Program-made: the position numbers and the translations under genes | Notes under the pieces: generated by a model | Told to the model about the DNA's origin: nothing | What the model saw: the letters and a program-made list of their open reading frames with translations, nothing else | Database searches by the model: none | NCBI GenBank assembly: GCA_030390025.1 | Contig: CM059426.1 | Coordinates: forward strand, 189,534,001-189,598,000 | Direction of reading: 5' to 3' | DNA: 64,000 nucleotides | Origin: Squalus acanthias | Lineage: Eukaryota | Shown here: positions 47,005 to 59,551 of the stretch, piece after piece | Layout of the letters: each line of letters begins with the position of its first letter | How positions within the stretch are numbered: position 1 is the stretch's first letter

Positions 47005-49734
47005 CTGTGGTACCCGGCTGGCCACCTCTTGCAAAGTTGACACAGCTCCATTCACAGCTACTCTTTGCTCCTTTGGTTTACCCAATTTCAATCCACCTCA
47101 GCAGGCGTTCTATTCTGTGCCTTTGTACCGTGTGGACTAACAGTATCAAAAGCCTGTTAAAGTCTAAATATATTGCGACAAATTTCAGTTGTCAACAAAA
47201 ATCATAACTTCTTCAAAGAAATCCATTAGGTTAGATAGGCAAGACTCCCTTTCCCATAAATCTATGTCGCCATCCTCTTAGCATGCCACACCTAGCTAGC
47301 TAGATGTTCATTTATGCCCTCTTTCAGGATACCATCTAATACTTACCCACAATGGATGCTGGACTCACTGTTGCAGCATGAATAGCAGCTGCCTGATTAG
47401 TGCTGCCCCCCTTCCTGGAACTTCAAGGATCAGCCTCATTTTAATAAAGGTTGTGAACTCCTGCCCTATATTGGGCCAGATGGTGGGAGTTCTCCAGGGA
47501 AGCGGGCCAGAAAATTGTCTTTAAAAGGCTACTGACAAGTATTGATGGAAAACTTTACAGGGATTATAGATCCAGATTCGAGGGTAACCGTGTATGTTGG
47601 CTGTTGTATCTGGTGTAACCTCACTTGCCTGGAAGCGCTTCTCTGCTCTTCTCTTTTTCCTTGTAATATCATACCGAGAACTGATTTGCTAAAGTGAAAC
47701 CCATGGTGCCAATATATATTGCACCGATCATAATAGCAGTGCCAACACTTTTGACAAAGGCAATCACAAAAAAGAGCACTGAAGTAAATAGGCTAATAAA
47801 AAACTATTTTTCAGAACCCTTCATAAATAGAATTGTAAAGAAATGCCAGACCCCCTTTAAGAGCTGACTTCCTGTTTGCAATTAGCAGCTTAGAGACCAA
47901 CAATGCTCTTTTTATCTGTACAAGCTTAGCACATGATGGATATCCAGGACTAATACTGGGCATATGTGTGTGACTTCATTTCAGTACCTTGTTAATTTCA
48001 TGGAGGCGCGCTGGCCGGTCCAATGAGTGGGATCAGGTCGGCTGGCTGCCTCTGATGACGTCACAATAGCAGCTCCTTTTAAAGCTGCCTTCCAGCCTGA
48101 GCCTTTCCATTGTGGTTTCCTGCATTTCTTTTCACAGCTATGACTTCTTCCAGAGGCAAGGCAGCTCCTCGGTTTAATGAGGAGTCCCTCCAAGTTCTTG
48201 TCGATTCTGTCAGAGGGCGCAGGGAGATTCTCTTCCCTCCTAATGGCCGGAGGAAGCCTCCTCAGCAGACCAAGGCAGCCTGACTGCGCATTGCTCAGGA
48301 GGTGAGCACGAGGTGCATTTATGCACGCTTATGGATCCAGTGCCGCAAAAGGTTTAATGATCTTGTGAGAACATCAAAAGTGAGTATCCCATCTCACTTG
48401 CCTTCACTCTGCTTCCCTTCTCTTCTCATCACCAGCACTCTGCGTTGTAAGCCTCCTCCTTCACATCCCACCTTACTCTTACTTCCCTTGCACCCTTTCC
48501 TATCCATCTCAGTCTCTGCACTGAATCACTTCAGCATCCTGCCTATGCACCCTTTAGACTCGCTCTCACTGTCATGCAGTGACAACAACTAACAACGCAC
48601 ATGGAGCTAGCTTCCTCTTGGCACCTTACCCCATCTTCGTCTTCTATGGTAGGGATTAATCACACTCACTCCATCACTGTGGCTGAAACACCGCTTGTGT
48701 CCATCCTTGCAGGATAAGATAGCCCACAATAAGAGGTAGAGAGCAATGACTGGAGGAGGAACACCTACCCTTGCAACATTGACCAGTGCTGAGGAGGCTG
48801 CAAACAAGATTGTTGGAGGTGGCGAGGACCTGGAAGTGAGCGATGGAGAGACGGGCACACTAGAGGAAGCTGGTGACATAATAGATGTTCATCCCTCTCA
48901 GAAAGCAATGCAATATGATGTTCATAGAGCACCGCTTTGTATCATCTGCTCAAAAGGATGTGTCTGCTACATCAATATCAGATGTCTAATTCAAGCCTTT
49001 ACTATCACACAGGACCATCGTGTGCCCCTATCCCCACGATCCAGGATGAAGACCCGGACATCTCCTCAGAGGAACCTGAAGCCTCTGAGGGAGCAGCATC
49101 ACCAGTGCACCCAGAACCAGCGCAGCAACGCACACCTCGGTGGGGCCATCGCGAGTTAGAGTAGTGTTGCCACCTGGTCTATCACAGCGCACAAGTGAGC
49201 ATCAGCAGATGGTGGAGACAGCGACAGCTGTGGAGGGTCCTCCTCGGAGTTCGCAGGACTCTCGTAGCTCTGCTGAGCTGCATGCAGACGCTGTGCCTCT
49301 GGGGCCATCCAGAAAAAGAGTGGTTCGTGAAATACAGGAACAAGTGTAGGTGTCTCTGGAAGGATTTGCCTCCAGGGTTTGTGCGAGTGTGGAGAGAATG
49401 GAGGAGCCCATCTCAAACATCAGCACTGCTGTGGTGGAGGCAATGGCGCTTGAATGCACCACCATGCATAGGATGGCAACCTCTGTGGAAAGGATGGCTA
49501 CCTCAATGGAAAGGAGGGCTACGGCCATGGAGGAAGTAAGTCACCAGAGTCAGGAAAACATGGTGACTGTTCAGAATAGACTGACATCTCTGGAGGAGCG
49601 ATGGGCAGCTATTGAGCAAAGAGACCAGAGCTTCATGGACATCCTTTTGAGGAGGACTGCCAGTGCAGATACAGGTCCTTGTGGCCCCCCTGAAGTGCAG
49701 CAAGGTGCTCTCCTGCCACTTGCCAGCACTAAGG

Positions 49735-51429
49735 GTTTTTAAAAAAATTTTATGGGATGTGGGCGTCGCTGGCAAGGCCAGCATTTATTGCCCATCCCCA
49801 ATTGCCCTTGAGAAGGTGGTGGTGAGCCACCTTCTTGAACCGCTGCAGTCCGTGTGGTGAAGGTACTCCTACAATGTTGTTAGGTAGGGAGTTCCAGGAT
49901 TTTGACCCAGCGACGATGAAGGATCGCCGATATTCTTCTAAGTCAGGATGATGCGTGACTTGGAGGGGAACTTGGAGGTGGTGGTGTTCTCATGTGTCTG
50001 CTGTCCTTGTCCTTCTAGATGGAAGAGGTCGCGGGTTTGGGAGGTGCTGCCGAAGAAGCCTTGGTGAGTTGCTGCAGTGCATCTTGTAGATGGTACACAC
50101 TGCAGCCACGGTACGCTGATGGTGGAGGGAGTGGATGTTTAAGGTGGTAGAGGGGGTGCCAATCAAGTGGGCTGCTTTGTCCTGTATGGTGTCAAGCTTC
50201 TTGAGTGTTGTTGGAGCTGCACTCATCCAGGCATGTGGAGAGTATTCCATCACACTCCTTACTTGTGCCTTGTAGATGATAGAAAGGCTTTGGGGAGTCA
50301 AGAGGTGAGACACTGGAACTCACTGCCTGAAAGGGTGGTAGAAGCAGAAACCCAAACCACATTTAAAAAGTAATTGGATGTGCACTTGGGATGCTGTAAC
50401 CTGCAGGGCTACGGACCAAGTGCTGGGAAGTGGGATTAGGCTGGATAGTTCTTTGTTGGCCGGCACGCACACGATGGACCGAAATGGCCTCCTTCCATGC
50501 TGTAACTTTCTATGATTCTATGACACTCGCCGCAGAATACCTAGCCTCTGACCTGTTCTTGTTGCCACAGTATTTATGTGGCTGGTCCAGTTAAGTTTCT
50601 GGTCAATGGTGACTCCCAGGATGTTGATGGTGGGGGATTCGGTGATAGTAATGCCATTGAATGTCAAGGGGCGGTGTTTAGACTGTCGCTTGTTGGAGAT
50701 AGTCATTGCCTGGCACTTCTGTGGTGCGAATGTTACCTGCCACTTATCAGCCCAAGCCTGAACGTCGTTCAGGTTTTGTTGCATGTGGGCATGGACTGCT
50801 TCATTATCTGAGGAGTTGTGAATGGCGCTGAACACTGTGCAGTCATCAGCGAACATCCCCATTTCTGACCTTATGTTGGAGGGAAGGTCATTGATGAAGC
50901 AGCTGAAGATGGTTGAGCCTAGAACACTGCCCTGAGGAACTCCTGCAGTGATGTCCTGGGGCTGTGATCATTGACCTTCAATCACCACAACCAAATTCCT
51001 TTGTGCTAGGTATGACTCCAGCCAGTGGAGAGTTTTCCCCCCTTCATTTTAATGGGGCTCCTTTATGCCTCAGTCGGTCAAATGCTGCCTTGATGTCAAG
51101 GGCAGTCACTCTCACCTCACCTCTGGAATTCAGCTCCTTTGTCCATGTTTGGGCCAAGGCTGTAATGAGGTCGGCAGCTGAGTGGTCTTGGCGGAACCCA
51201 AACTGGGCATCCGTGAGCAGGTGAGTAAATGCCACTTGATAGCACTGTCGATGACACCTTCCATCACTTTGCTGATGATTGAGAGTAGACTGATGGGGCG
51301 GTAATTGGCCAGATTGGATTTGTCCTGCTTTTTGTGGACAGGACACACCTGGGCAGTTTTCCACATAGACAGATAGATGCCAGTGTTGTATCTGTACTGG
51401 AACAGCTTGGCTAGCGGTGTGGCTAGTTC
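49735..51429 (-). mobile_element. CR1-group LINE fragment (family of 23088-29271), 5'-truncated
   Basis: MFADDCTVF, NYRPISLLS and LDIKAAFDR, with the same 3' end as the other copies. Confidence 0.9.
50313..50521 (+). mobile_element. Short CR1 3'-end fragment nested in a LINE
   Basis: WNSLPERVVEAE..TFKK, 3' UTR and (TTCTATGA) tail. GACACT occurs at both junctions. Confidence 0.8.
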
Positions 51430-54400
51430 TGAAGCACTGCTGACCCATGAGAGGGATGTTGTTGGCAGGAGAGAAGGAAGTGTGGGCTCCTCTCAAAGCG
51501 CTCGTATGACCATGCCACTACGGAGCCCTTGGTCAGAGACCCACTTTGCAGAGACAACTGAAATGGCTTTTTCAGCCCCTGCCCAGCCGCAGGAAGAGCA
51601 AACTGTTGAAGAGCCCTCCCAGGCCCCCAAACCCAGAGGATGCCCGCCAAAGGCGTCTAAGCAGGAGCAGCATCCTAGTCAGCAAGCTGCCTCTACATCT
51701 GCTGAAGCCACAGGGGAAGCACCACGTAGAAACCCGCGTAAGAGAAAAAGTAAGCACCTATAGTCACAAGGGGACTCACTTGGGTGATGTTTCTTTTTTT
51801 CTGACTGTTGTTGATATATTTTGTCAAGTGTTAAAGAGAAATTATGGCGAACAGTTGATTGTGTGGCCTATGTGTTCTGGGAAATGGCAAAAGCGCATTG
51901 AAGGCTCAGGGAGACTTACATTTGTAATGCTGATAGTAACAGTGATAGGAAATAACAGGGTATAGCAGAGATGAAGTATGACGTTGGACAAATGTCGCCT
52001 GCAATTACAGAGCCATATGGTGGCCACCTATGGTCGAAGAGTAAGCTTATGGTAGTGTGGCATGGCAGTGTGCATACCCTGGTTGACGGGCAGCAGTGAA
52101 CTGGAGGGATGCTGCATTGGTCACAACAGGGCATGCAAGGCTCCCCTCATCCTCCTCCTACTCCTCTTCCCAGGAAGACATGTGGTGAGTCACACGGCTG
52201 CTACTCCCCCAATTATGAGGACCAGGATGAGAGGGCATACATGTTTCCCATCCCCTTGCTATAGATTTCATTGAGGTAACAATCTTGCAAGTGTACAGTC
52301 GAAATGGCCTGAAATAATTCCATTCATGACACACTGCAGATGGGTGTCAGCTTGAACAGTCAGAAGGTCAGTAGATGTGCAAAAGGTTATCCCATACCTA
52401 CAACAGCAAAGTTGTTGCATTTGAATGTCAGCCATGTTTCAGGGGTGCTTTTAAAGTGCTCCACCAATGCATACAAATCATGTCCTCCAGCAACTCGTCT
52501 CCTTGAACCTGGCCTGTTTCTGACAAGTCGGGAAACAGGAGCCAGTAGCAGGAAAATGGGAAACCACAATGAAAATAGGATTAGCAAGGCAGTTAACAGG
52601 CTGTTAACTGCCTTAACTACCTGTCCCACCGGTTGGAGACGGGTCAGTTTGGGAGCGGCTAAACAGACACTCAGGAAAATCGGGTGGGGGCGGGATGGAG
52701 GCGGGTTGGGTGTCTGAAGCCATTTTTCCCGATTTTCCCAACAGACTCGCGTCCAAACCCACCTCCTCAGGGCTATTAAAATCGAGCCCAGATACTCTGT
52801 CAGATAAGTTGCTAGTAAAGAGCTTCAACAGTGCTGCCAAAGGCTAGGCACCTGTGCCATGGTTTGAGATAACTTTTAAAGTCATGTGGCAATTACATTT
52901 TCAGCTTTAAGGTGATATTATCCTTGGAACTGACTATAAGACCTGAGCATCTTCATTTTAAATCTGTTAAAACCACATTAAACTTTTAGTGTGCCAGCTC
53001 AGGAAGTCCTCACCTTCCACTGTGGGAGGAATAGCCAGAGTTGAGGGAAAGAACAGATGGAACGTGGAAGTACCAAAAAAAATGCCGCCAGACTTGCATC
53101 ATTAACCATACAGATGGATGAGGCTGCAATGTATTTGGAATATTGCAGCAGTGAATGAGCTCAAGGTTTGAGGGGGAAGGCAAGCACAGTGAAGCTTTAC
53201 CATATCAACCCATGACTGCTCCGAAGATGGAAGAATTGACTATAACATGGGACAGACTTATGCATCCCAACGGTACAATAGGCAGTTTGGGAAATATAAC
53301 CTCCAATCCACCTGTGCTGAGCTGTACGTATTTAAAGGGCGTGAATTTACTTTACAAATTGCGCCAAAGATCTCCCTCAGAACTAGCAGCAAAGTGTGCT
53401 GCAAGGGTCATGCATGCACAGAGTGGCTGTGACAAATTGGCCACTGTGCATGCCAACCAGTGAGGTTATGTCATGCAAGATGTCCAAGGTTTTTTTCTGC
53501 AGCCATTTTGATTGGCTTGTGATCAGTATAGGTGTGGGTGCAAGATGCTGCTAGTGAAAGTTTTTTTTAATGTAGTCTTATTGTTTAACTGCATCATAAG
53601 ATAGGTGTGTAGGTGATAATATCATGATGTCAGCAGTGGTCGTGCTTAAACGGAATGAAAATCACATTGCTCTTTTTACTGGCCAGTCTGATTGGTGGCC
53701 AGTACTAAACAAATGGGTCATCTTTGAAGTTGGTCGAACAACATCCAGCAGTTTTACATTCATCTGACCACTGGCTCCCGAAGACTTCGGAACAGCAGCC
53801 GAAGATCAATACAGAAACAGCTTAAATCTCATCTTTGGCTGCCAGCTCTTCCACATAAAACAAGCAAACTATCGGTCTGGTTGCTTAAAGGTGATTCTGG
53901 GGATGTAAATCAAGAGCATCTGAAGTGAGAATTGCTTTTAAACTCTAAGCATTTAAAATATGTGCCAAGCTGTCTGTTCCTTCTTGGGGATTTCTGGAAG
54001 AGAAATTAATTATCCGTGGAGGCTTAGCATGATTAACTCATAGGACGTAAAACCCTGGTTTCTGATTTCAGCGTTTTGAGTGTGTATTTTTGTGAAACTT
54101 ATATAGTTTGTGAGGCACTGCTCTCAGCTGAATTTCTACAGTTGGTATATGTCCACTTGTGGGGTCGGCAGTAGATGGAAACAAATATACCTCATCCATT
54201 AAAGATTCAAGGAGCTTCCCGTCAAACTGGAAGCAGCTATTCTTTTGATGATTTGCCACTGGTTGGTTACTAATTAAACAATTTGTTTTTATACTTGCCT
54301 TTTCCACCCCTGTTGCTCACGGCCTGGTTTTCTGGTGGCTTATTTATTCTATATATGGAACTTTATTCAGGCTGAGATAAAATTGATTTCCAGTTTCTGC

Positions 54401-54886
54401 ATCAAGTACAGGGACAATAAATGGCTTTTAAAACGTTTTTGAATTTGTTGCAGAATAGCTTTTTTGATAAATGCGATTTAATTATGCAGCTCTGCATATA
54501 TTTATCAGTTTGCATAGACACTGTCATTCAGAATTAAACTGTAGGCTTGTTTGTAATCAATCTCTGTAGGAAATCTTGAAGGTGTTAACAGATTACTTCA
54601 AAGAGCACCAAGTAGGACCAGCAATAGAAATGAGTGAAAAGTAAAATTAGAACAAATATTAGGAATACATTTTTTTTTACTCCAAGCATAAGAAACATTA
54701 GGAATAATATATCAAACAATGTAATTTGAGGTAAAGATGTTGAGATTATTCAAAATGCAATTATTTGCCATGATGGAAAGATTAATGTACTGGAGGGATG
54801 AGCTTCAATATGCTGAATGGCTTTTTCTCATCCCTTAACTTTCCTGGTGTTCATACAACCCAACTCTAGCTGCAGCTGACTGATTA

Positions 54887-55977
54887 GAGGACATTTTAAC
54901 CGAAAAAAAAGGTGGGTTGGGAGCGTTAAAGTGTTAAAAATGTGAATCCCGACCTGAACCCGCCTCCAACCCCTTCACTTCCGGTTTTAACGGAGACGGG
55001 ACAGGGGGCGGGGAGCCAATCCGCTACCAGGAGGTGGGCCATCTCTTTAAATATTATAATGAGGCTAGAAGCCTCTTCTTTAACCTCCATTTTGTGTTTA
55101 ACTGTAGTTGGTTGGGTTTTGCAGGCCTCGTCAAACCCGCCAGCTACAGCAAGGTGAGGACTGCTGCATCCAGGAGGTAAGTGCCTTTACACTTACCTCC
55201 TGAATCCAGCATCCCTGCCTAACTCACGCCCCGTGATTGGAGACCCCACCACGAGGCCTCTGATCAACCCCCAGACCTTCTGACCCCCCCAACCCCCGCA
55301 AGGCCTTCGATCCCCCCCAAGCTTCGGATCACCACTGCCCCCACCACCCCCCCAGGCCTACCCACCGTTCCAATGGTTCCCCCGTGTGCTGCTCCTGTCC
55401 CCCAATCGTCACCTGACCACCCACAGCCTATGCTGGTCCCAGTCGGCCTGCGATCGGGATGGTCTAGTCCCCTCCTCCCCGCACCTCTGGCCGGCCGGCG
55501 ATGGACTGAACCATCCCACCCCCCGCCCCTCCAGCCAGCCAGCCAGCGATGTTGTGGACCCACCCACCACGCCCCGACCCCGTGCTGGTCCCGGCCCGCG
55601 ATCTGATCTTTTCAAACCTCCCGCCTGCTCCTCCGGCTAGCCCGCGATGGTCTGGACTGCGCCCCTCCCCACCCCCCATTCCTCCGGCTGGCCTGCGATC
55701 TTTTGGACCACCCCCTTGCTCCTCCAGCTGTCCCCCACGTGATCCCTCCCTCCCTCCTCTCTGCAGCCTAGTGCCACAGGCCTACCCGCCTGGAGCCAGC
55801 TAGCCTCTCAATCTGGCTGGCTGTGGGTGGGAAACAGAAGCTTCCCATTCAAATCAGGCCCTGCCGTTAAATTCAGCAGGGCCTGCAAGGAAACCTGTTT
55901 TCCTGGGTTTCCTGGCCATCTCGGAGCCCACCCCCCCACCACGCCTCCTACCCCGCTTCCCCATTAAAATTCAGCCC
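54887..55977. mobile_element. Harbinger-type non-autonomous element with C-rich low-complexity interior
   Basis: Right TIR ATTAAAATTCAGCCC and degenerate left TIR GAGGACATTTTAAC. Confidence 0.6.
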
Positions 55978-56599
55978 ATTGGTTGAGTAGAAATTAAATG
56001 GTAGCCATCTCATGCAGTGTATAAATACTGACTTTACAATCTATTTTTATGCTTAGTAACAAATAACAGTAACATGAAGTGATTCCTGGCCCTTTATGTA
56101 CAAATATTGCATACAGTGCATTCCTCGATATAAAGTCTCGACCCTGAGGAAACAAAAACTTTAGAATGAGGAGAGGCTGTATGAATGTAATAATCATGAG
56201 ATCATTTACACATCTTTAGAATAAATATTTAACAATTTGAGAATGTGGTAACATTCAAAATTCATGGTGAATTCTTGATACATTAATATACATTTCCAGC
56301 GCTTGTAGATTGAATAGAGTATTATAGAAGGAATATAATCTACAATGGGCAATGCGTTACACAGGAGACCTCCAGCAACAAAGAACTGCCCTCAGAGTAG
56401 AAGTTCTATCTATGGTGCTTTTATAGATATGTTTCTTTTCAGCTATTGAATATTAAACTCACTTTGGCATAAACTGTCTTTCCTCTGGATCAGTGTTTCT
56501 TTTTACTCTCCAAGCAAGCTCCCACACACTTTGGATAGAATTCCCTTTGTGGCAAGTTCATGACCTTTACTGTTCTGTCAAGTAGAGGGAGGTAAGTTA

Positions 56600-57077
56600 T
56601 CCAGGATGCACTTGTACATTCTCGAATAGATGGCTACAGAACACTACTTAAAAAAAAACATCTTTGTCCCCTTTTCTCCTGGAGGCGCTGACTCATGCTG
56701 TATTAAAATTGTATGGGCGGTAGCAGTCATCCAATATCTCAGCAAAGTGACTGTTCAACACGAATGAGCATGGACAATATCAACCAGGAACTCAACGATG
56801 GAGGAGGGAGCCTCGTGACTGAGCCGAATCCTGTTCTCATCTCCATGCCCACACAGTGCACTTTTAAGTGGATGGTAAACAGAAGTAGCAAACATGGCTG
56901 ATTGTTCTCCTCCCGAGGCCAGGACTGTTGAGACCAATTGTAGTATTCCCAACTACTGCCTTGGCCCAGATCAGTTAACTCAGCACAGAATAAGGATCAA
57001 ACCTAGGTCCTTCCTGATCTGCAAGATTTAGTACCCTATTAAACTGCTCATTAATCCACCAAGCCATCTGAGGAACT
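56600..57077 (-). mobile_element. Old tRNA-derived SINE
   Basis: Degenerate A and B boxes on - (TGGCTTGGTGG; GGTTTGATCC). A related head fragment lies at about 30690-30860. Confidence 0.45.
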
Positions 57078-57340
57078 TGAACAGTATCTCTTTTCAAAAC
57101 TTTATTTTTGTCCCACATAATTTTGCCGCAATATTTTCCTCCCCCCCCGCCACAGATCCTGCACCCTCCTTTGGCTTTCTTAGGTGAGTGGGACCACACT
57201 CAACTGAGAACCTCTTCACAATCACGGTCAATGCTGCTCTGTGACTGCCTACAAGGCAATGCACCTGCAGTGCCACAAGGCTGGTGAGTTTTTGATTTGT
57301 CTTCCCCTCCTCCATACTCTAAAATGAAACATTCAGCTCT

Positions 57341-57745
57341 TAGCCATGGCTCAGTGGGTAGCACTCTCACCTCTGAGTCAGAAGGTCATGGGTTCAAGTC
57401 TCACTTCAGGCGCTGTCAGAGGTGTCGTCTTTCGGATGAGATGTCAAACCCGTCTGCCCTCTCAGGTGGATGTAAAAGATCCTATGGCACTATTTTGAAG
57501 AAGAGCAGGGATGTTCTCCCTCGTGCCCTGGCCAATATTTATCCCTGAACCAACATCACTAAAACAAGATTGTCTGGCCATTATCACATTGCTGTTTGTG
57601 GGACCTTGCTGTGTGCAAATTGGCTGCCATGTTTCCTATATTCCAACAGTGACTACACTTCAAGAAGTACTTCATTGGCTGTAAAGCACTTTCTAATGTC
57701 CTGAAGTCATAAAAGGCACTATGTAAATGGAAGCCTTTCTTTCTT
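57341..57745 (+). mobile_element. SacSINE1/DeuSINE-like SINE with internal deletion
   Basis: Homologous to 44992-45440, with A and B boxes present. Confidence 0.85.
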
Positions 57746-58344
57746 TTGGGGTTTTATGGGGCTTTCGGCTCAGATTCTTAGCTCATAAACTCTCTCAGCG
57801 AGTGAGCCTCCCTCAGTTGCATTGCTTTGCAGTTGATAACAATGGGGTAAATGGCAGCTTAATCACTGTAGGGGGCAGATGCAGCTCCTCAAGCACCTCT
57901 CCCCCGCAAAAAAAAAGAAAACAGGCTGAACTGCTGCCACTACTCCCATAAAGATTGACTGCATCACCTATCACGAACCAAGATTTGGGTACTATGAAAA
58001 CCTAAGAATAAGTGATTGAATGCTGCAATGAATGACCAGGTGAAAACACTTTGAAAGATACAATAAGCTTTGTTGCTGGGAGTCAAGCCATGGCAACAGC
58101 CACTTGCCTGCCCGTTGCCATAACAACTGCCAACTGACTGCTTGAGATGGACAAGGGTAGCATGTCGGTTAACTTATCCACAAACCTTCTCAAACAAAGA
58201 GAATTCTGATTTTTGTGAATTAAGCACAAAATTGACAAATTCTCAATAATTTGTGTTTTCTAATTTGGCTTAGTATGTTTTTTTCTAGCAGTGTCCTACT
58301 ATACCAAGGTGATTCACATAGCAGCACAACCAGAAAATAATGAA

Positions 58345-58479
58345 CGATAGCAAAATACTGCGGATGCTGGAAATCCGAAATAACAACAGAAAACGCTGGA
58401 AAAACTCAGCAGGCCAGGCAACATCCGTGGAGAGAGAAAGAGAGTTAACGTTTCAGGTCGATGACCTTTCATCAGAACT
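58345..58479 (-). mobile_element. 135-bp hammerhead-bearing Penelope-like/retrozyme-type insertion
   Basis: 14-bp TSD CAGAAAATAATGAA at 58331-58344 and 58480-58493. A close homolog lies at 59417-59551. Confidence 0.85.
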
Positions 58480-58480
58480 C
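58442..58480 (-). ncRNA. Minimal type I hammerhead ribozyme motif
   Basis: GAGUU CUGAUGA A AGGUC-AUC-GACCU GAAA CGUU AACUC: stem I GAGUU/AACUC, conserved core, stem II, and palindromic AACGUU in place of stem III. Confidence 0.75.
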
Positions 58481-59415
58481 AGAAAATAATGAAGCTCACT
58501 GCTGATTGTAATAGTCTAGCTGGAGCACCAGGTAGCCTAAAGGTTCGGGCCCATGACAGTCTTGTGGCAAGGATATCCACCCTACTGTCTGTGTGCTGTT
58601 TTCAAGTAAACAACACCTGCTCTGCAATGTCAATCTGAAAAATCTATTAGGCTATTTTTTAAAGGTTAGCTGAGGAAACTTTTTTCAAGAAATATGAGGG
58701 TTGATTTTGGTATGCACTGCAGACCAGGCAGGCAGTGGGTGGGGAGTCGGTTCCGACAGTCTGATGACGTTGGTAGGAGGCTGTAAGGTTCCCAAAATTT
58801 GCAGATCCCCAAAACCTAAGGAAAAGGGACTTTGGAACTACCTCAGAGTGATAAAAATGCATTTGGGCCTAACCTAAGGAATTTAAGACCAAAAAACCAA
58901 GTTTTGGCATTTTAAAAACATGTCTGGGCCTGTAAAGGGACAAGGAGGTGGGAACGACCTCTATAAAAGCAGTTTTGGATATTGGAGTTAATTACACTGT
59001 CTGGGGAACCAGCAGACATTAACATTTTAGCAATGAACCCAGGGAAAAGACAGTCCCACCCAAAATACAGGCCCCATCAAAACCGATTACAGGGCCCATC
59101 AGAAACAAGCATAATAAAACCCACTCAGACCCATTCTATAGAAAGACCGAGTCCAGCCTAGAAAACCAAACACGAAATCAATCACCGGTGATCAACTGAG
59201 GAGATCGACAGGATGCAAGCCATCCCAAAAGCCATTTGACACTTACAGAACAGTTACTGGTAACTAGCCCGCCAAAATCAGACAAAGAACCGAGCAGATT
59301 TGGCGCGCAGATAAGGCCATGTTCAATGGGTGAGATTGAAGGCCTGTTAAAAACCAGTTAACACGCTAGTAAAGTCATTACCGTTAACGAGCCCGCCAAA
59401 ACCAGACAATGGACT

Positions 59416-59453
59416 GGGTTCTGACGAAGGGTTTCGACCTGAAACGTTAACTC
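59416..59453 (+). ncRNA. Minimal type I hammerhead ribozyme motif
   Basis: GGGUU CUGACGA A GGGU-UUCG-ACCU GAAA CGUU AACUC. Confidence 0.75.
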
Positions 59454-59551
59454 TGTTTCTCTCTCCACGGATGTTGCCTGGCCTGCTGAGTTTTTCCAGC
59501 GTTTTCTGTTGTTGTTTCAATTTTCCAGCATCCACAGTATTTTGCTATCGT
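59417..59551 (+). mobile_element. 135-bp hammerhead-bearing Penelope-like/retrozyme-type insertion
   Basis: Absent from the sister LTR at about 25605. 9-bp TSD AATGGACTG at 59408-59416 and 59552-59560. Confidence 0.88.

Larger units (their letters stand above)
48140..51763 (+). pseudogene. Harbinger Myb/SANT-like gene (exons about 48140-48379, 48713-48872, 49013-51763), interrupted by a LINE
   Basis: AAPRFNEESL...WIQCRKRFNDL followed by GTGAGT, a 160-nt exon 2 (TGGGTP), and a basic C-terminus PRRNPRKRKSKHL. It has in-frame stops. Confidence 0.85.
47995..52789 (-). mobile_element. Second Harbinger element (relative of 2703-7938, opposite orientation), transposase largely deleted
   Basis: Right TIR ATTAAAATCGAGCCC. 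It is colinear with the reverse complement of the first element across the Myb gene. The left terminus is missing. Confidence 0.85.

Noticed and set aside
47610-47800. Possible minus-strand exon (hydrophobic or Cys-rich frame)
   Set aside because: The hydrophobic frame has a stop, the open Cys-rich frame matches nothing I know, and no partner exons were found.
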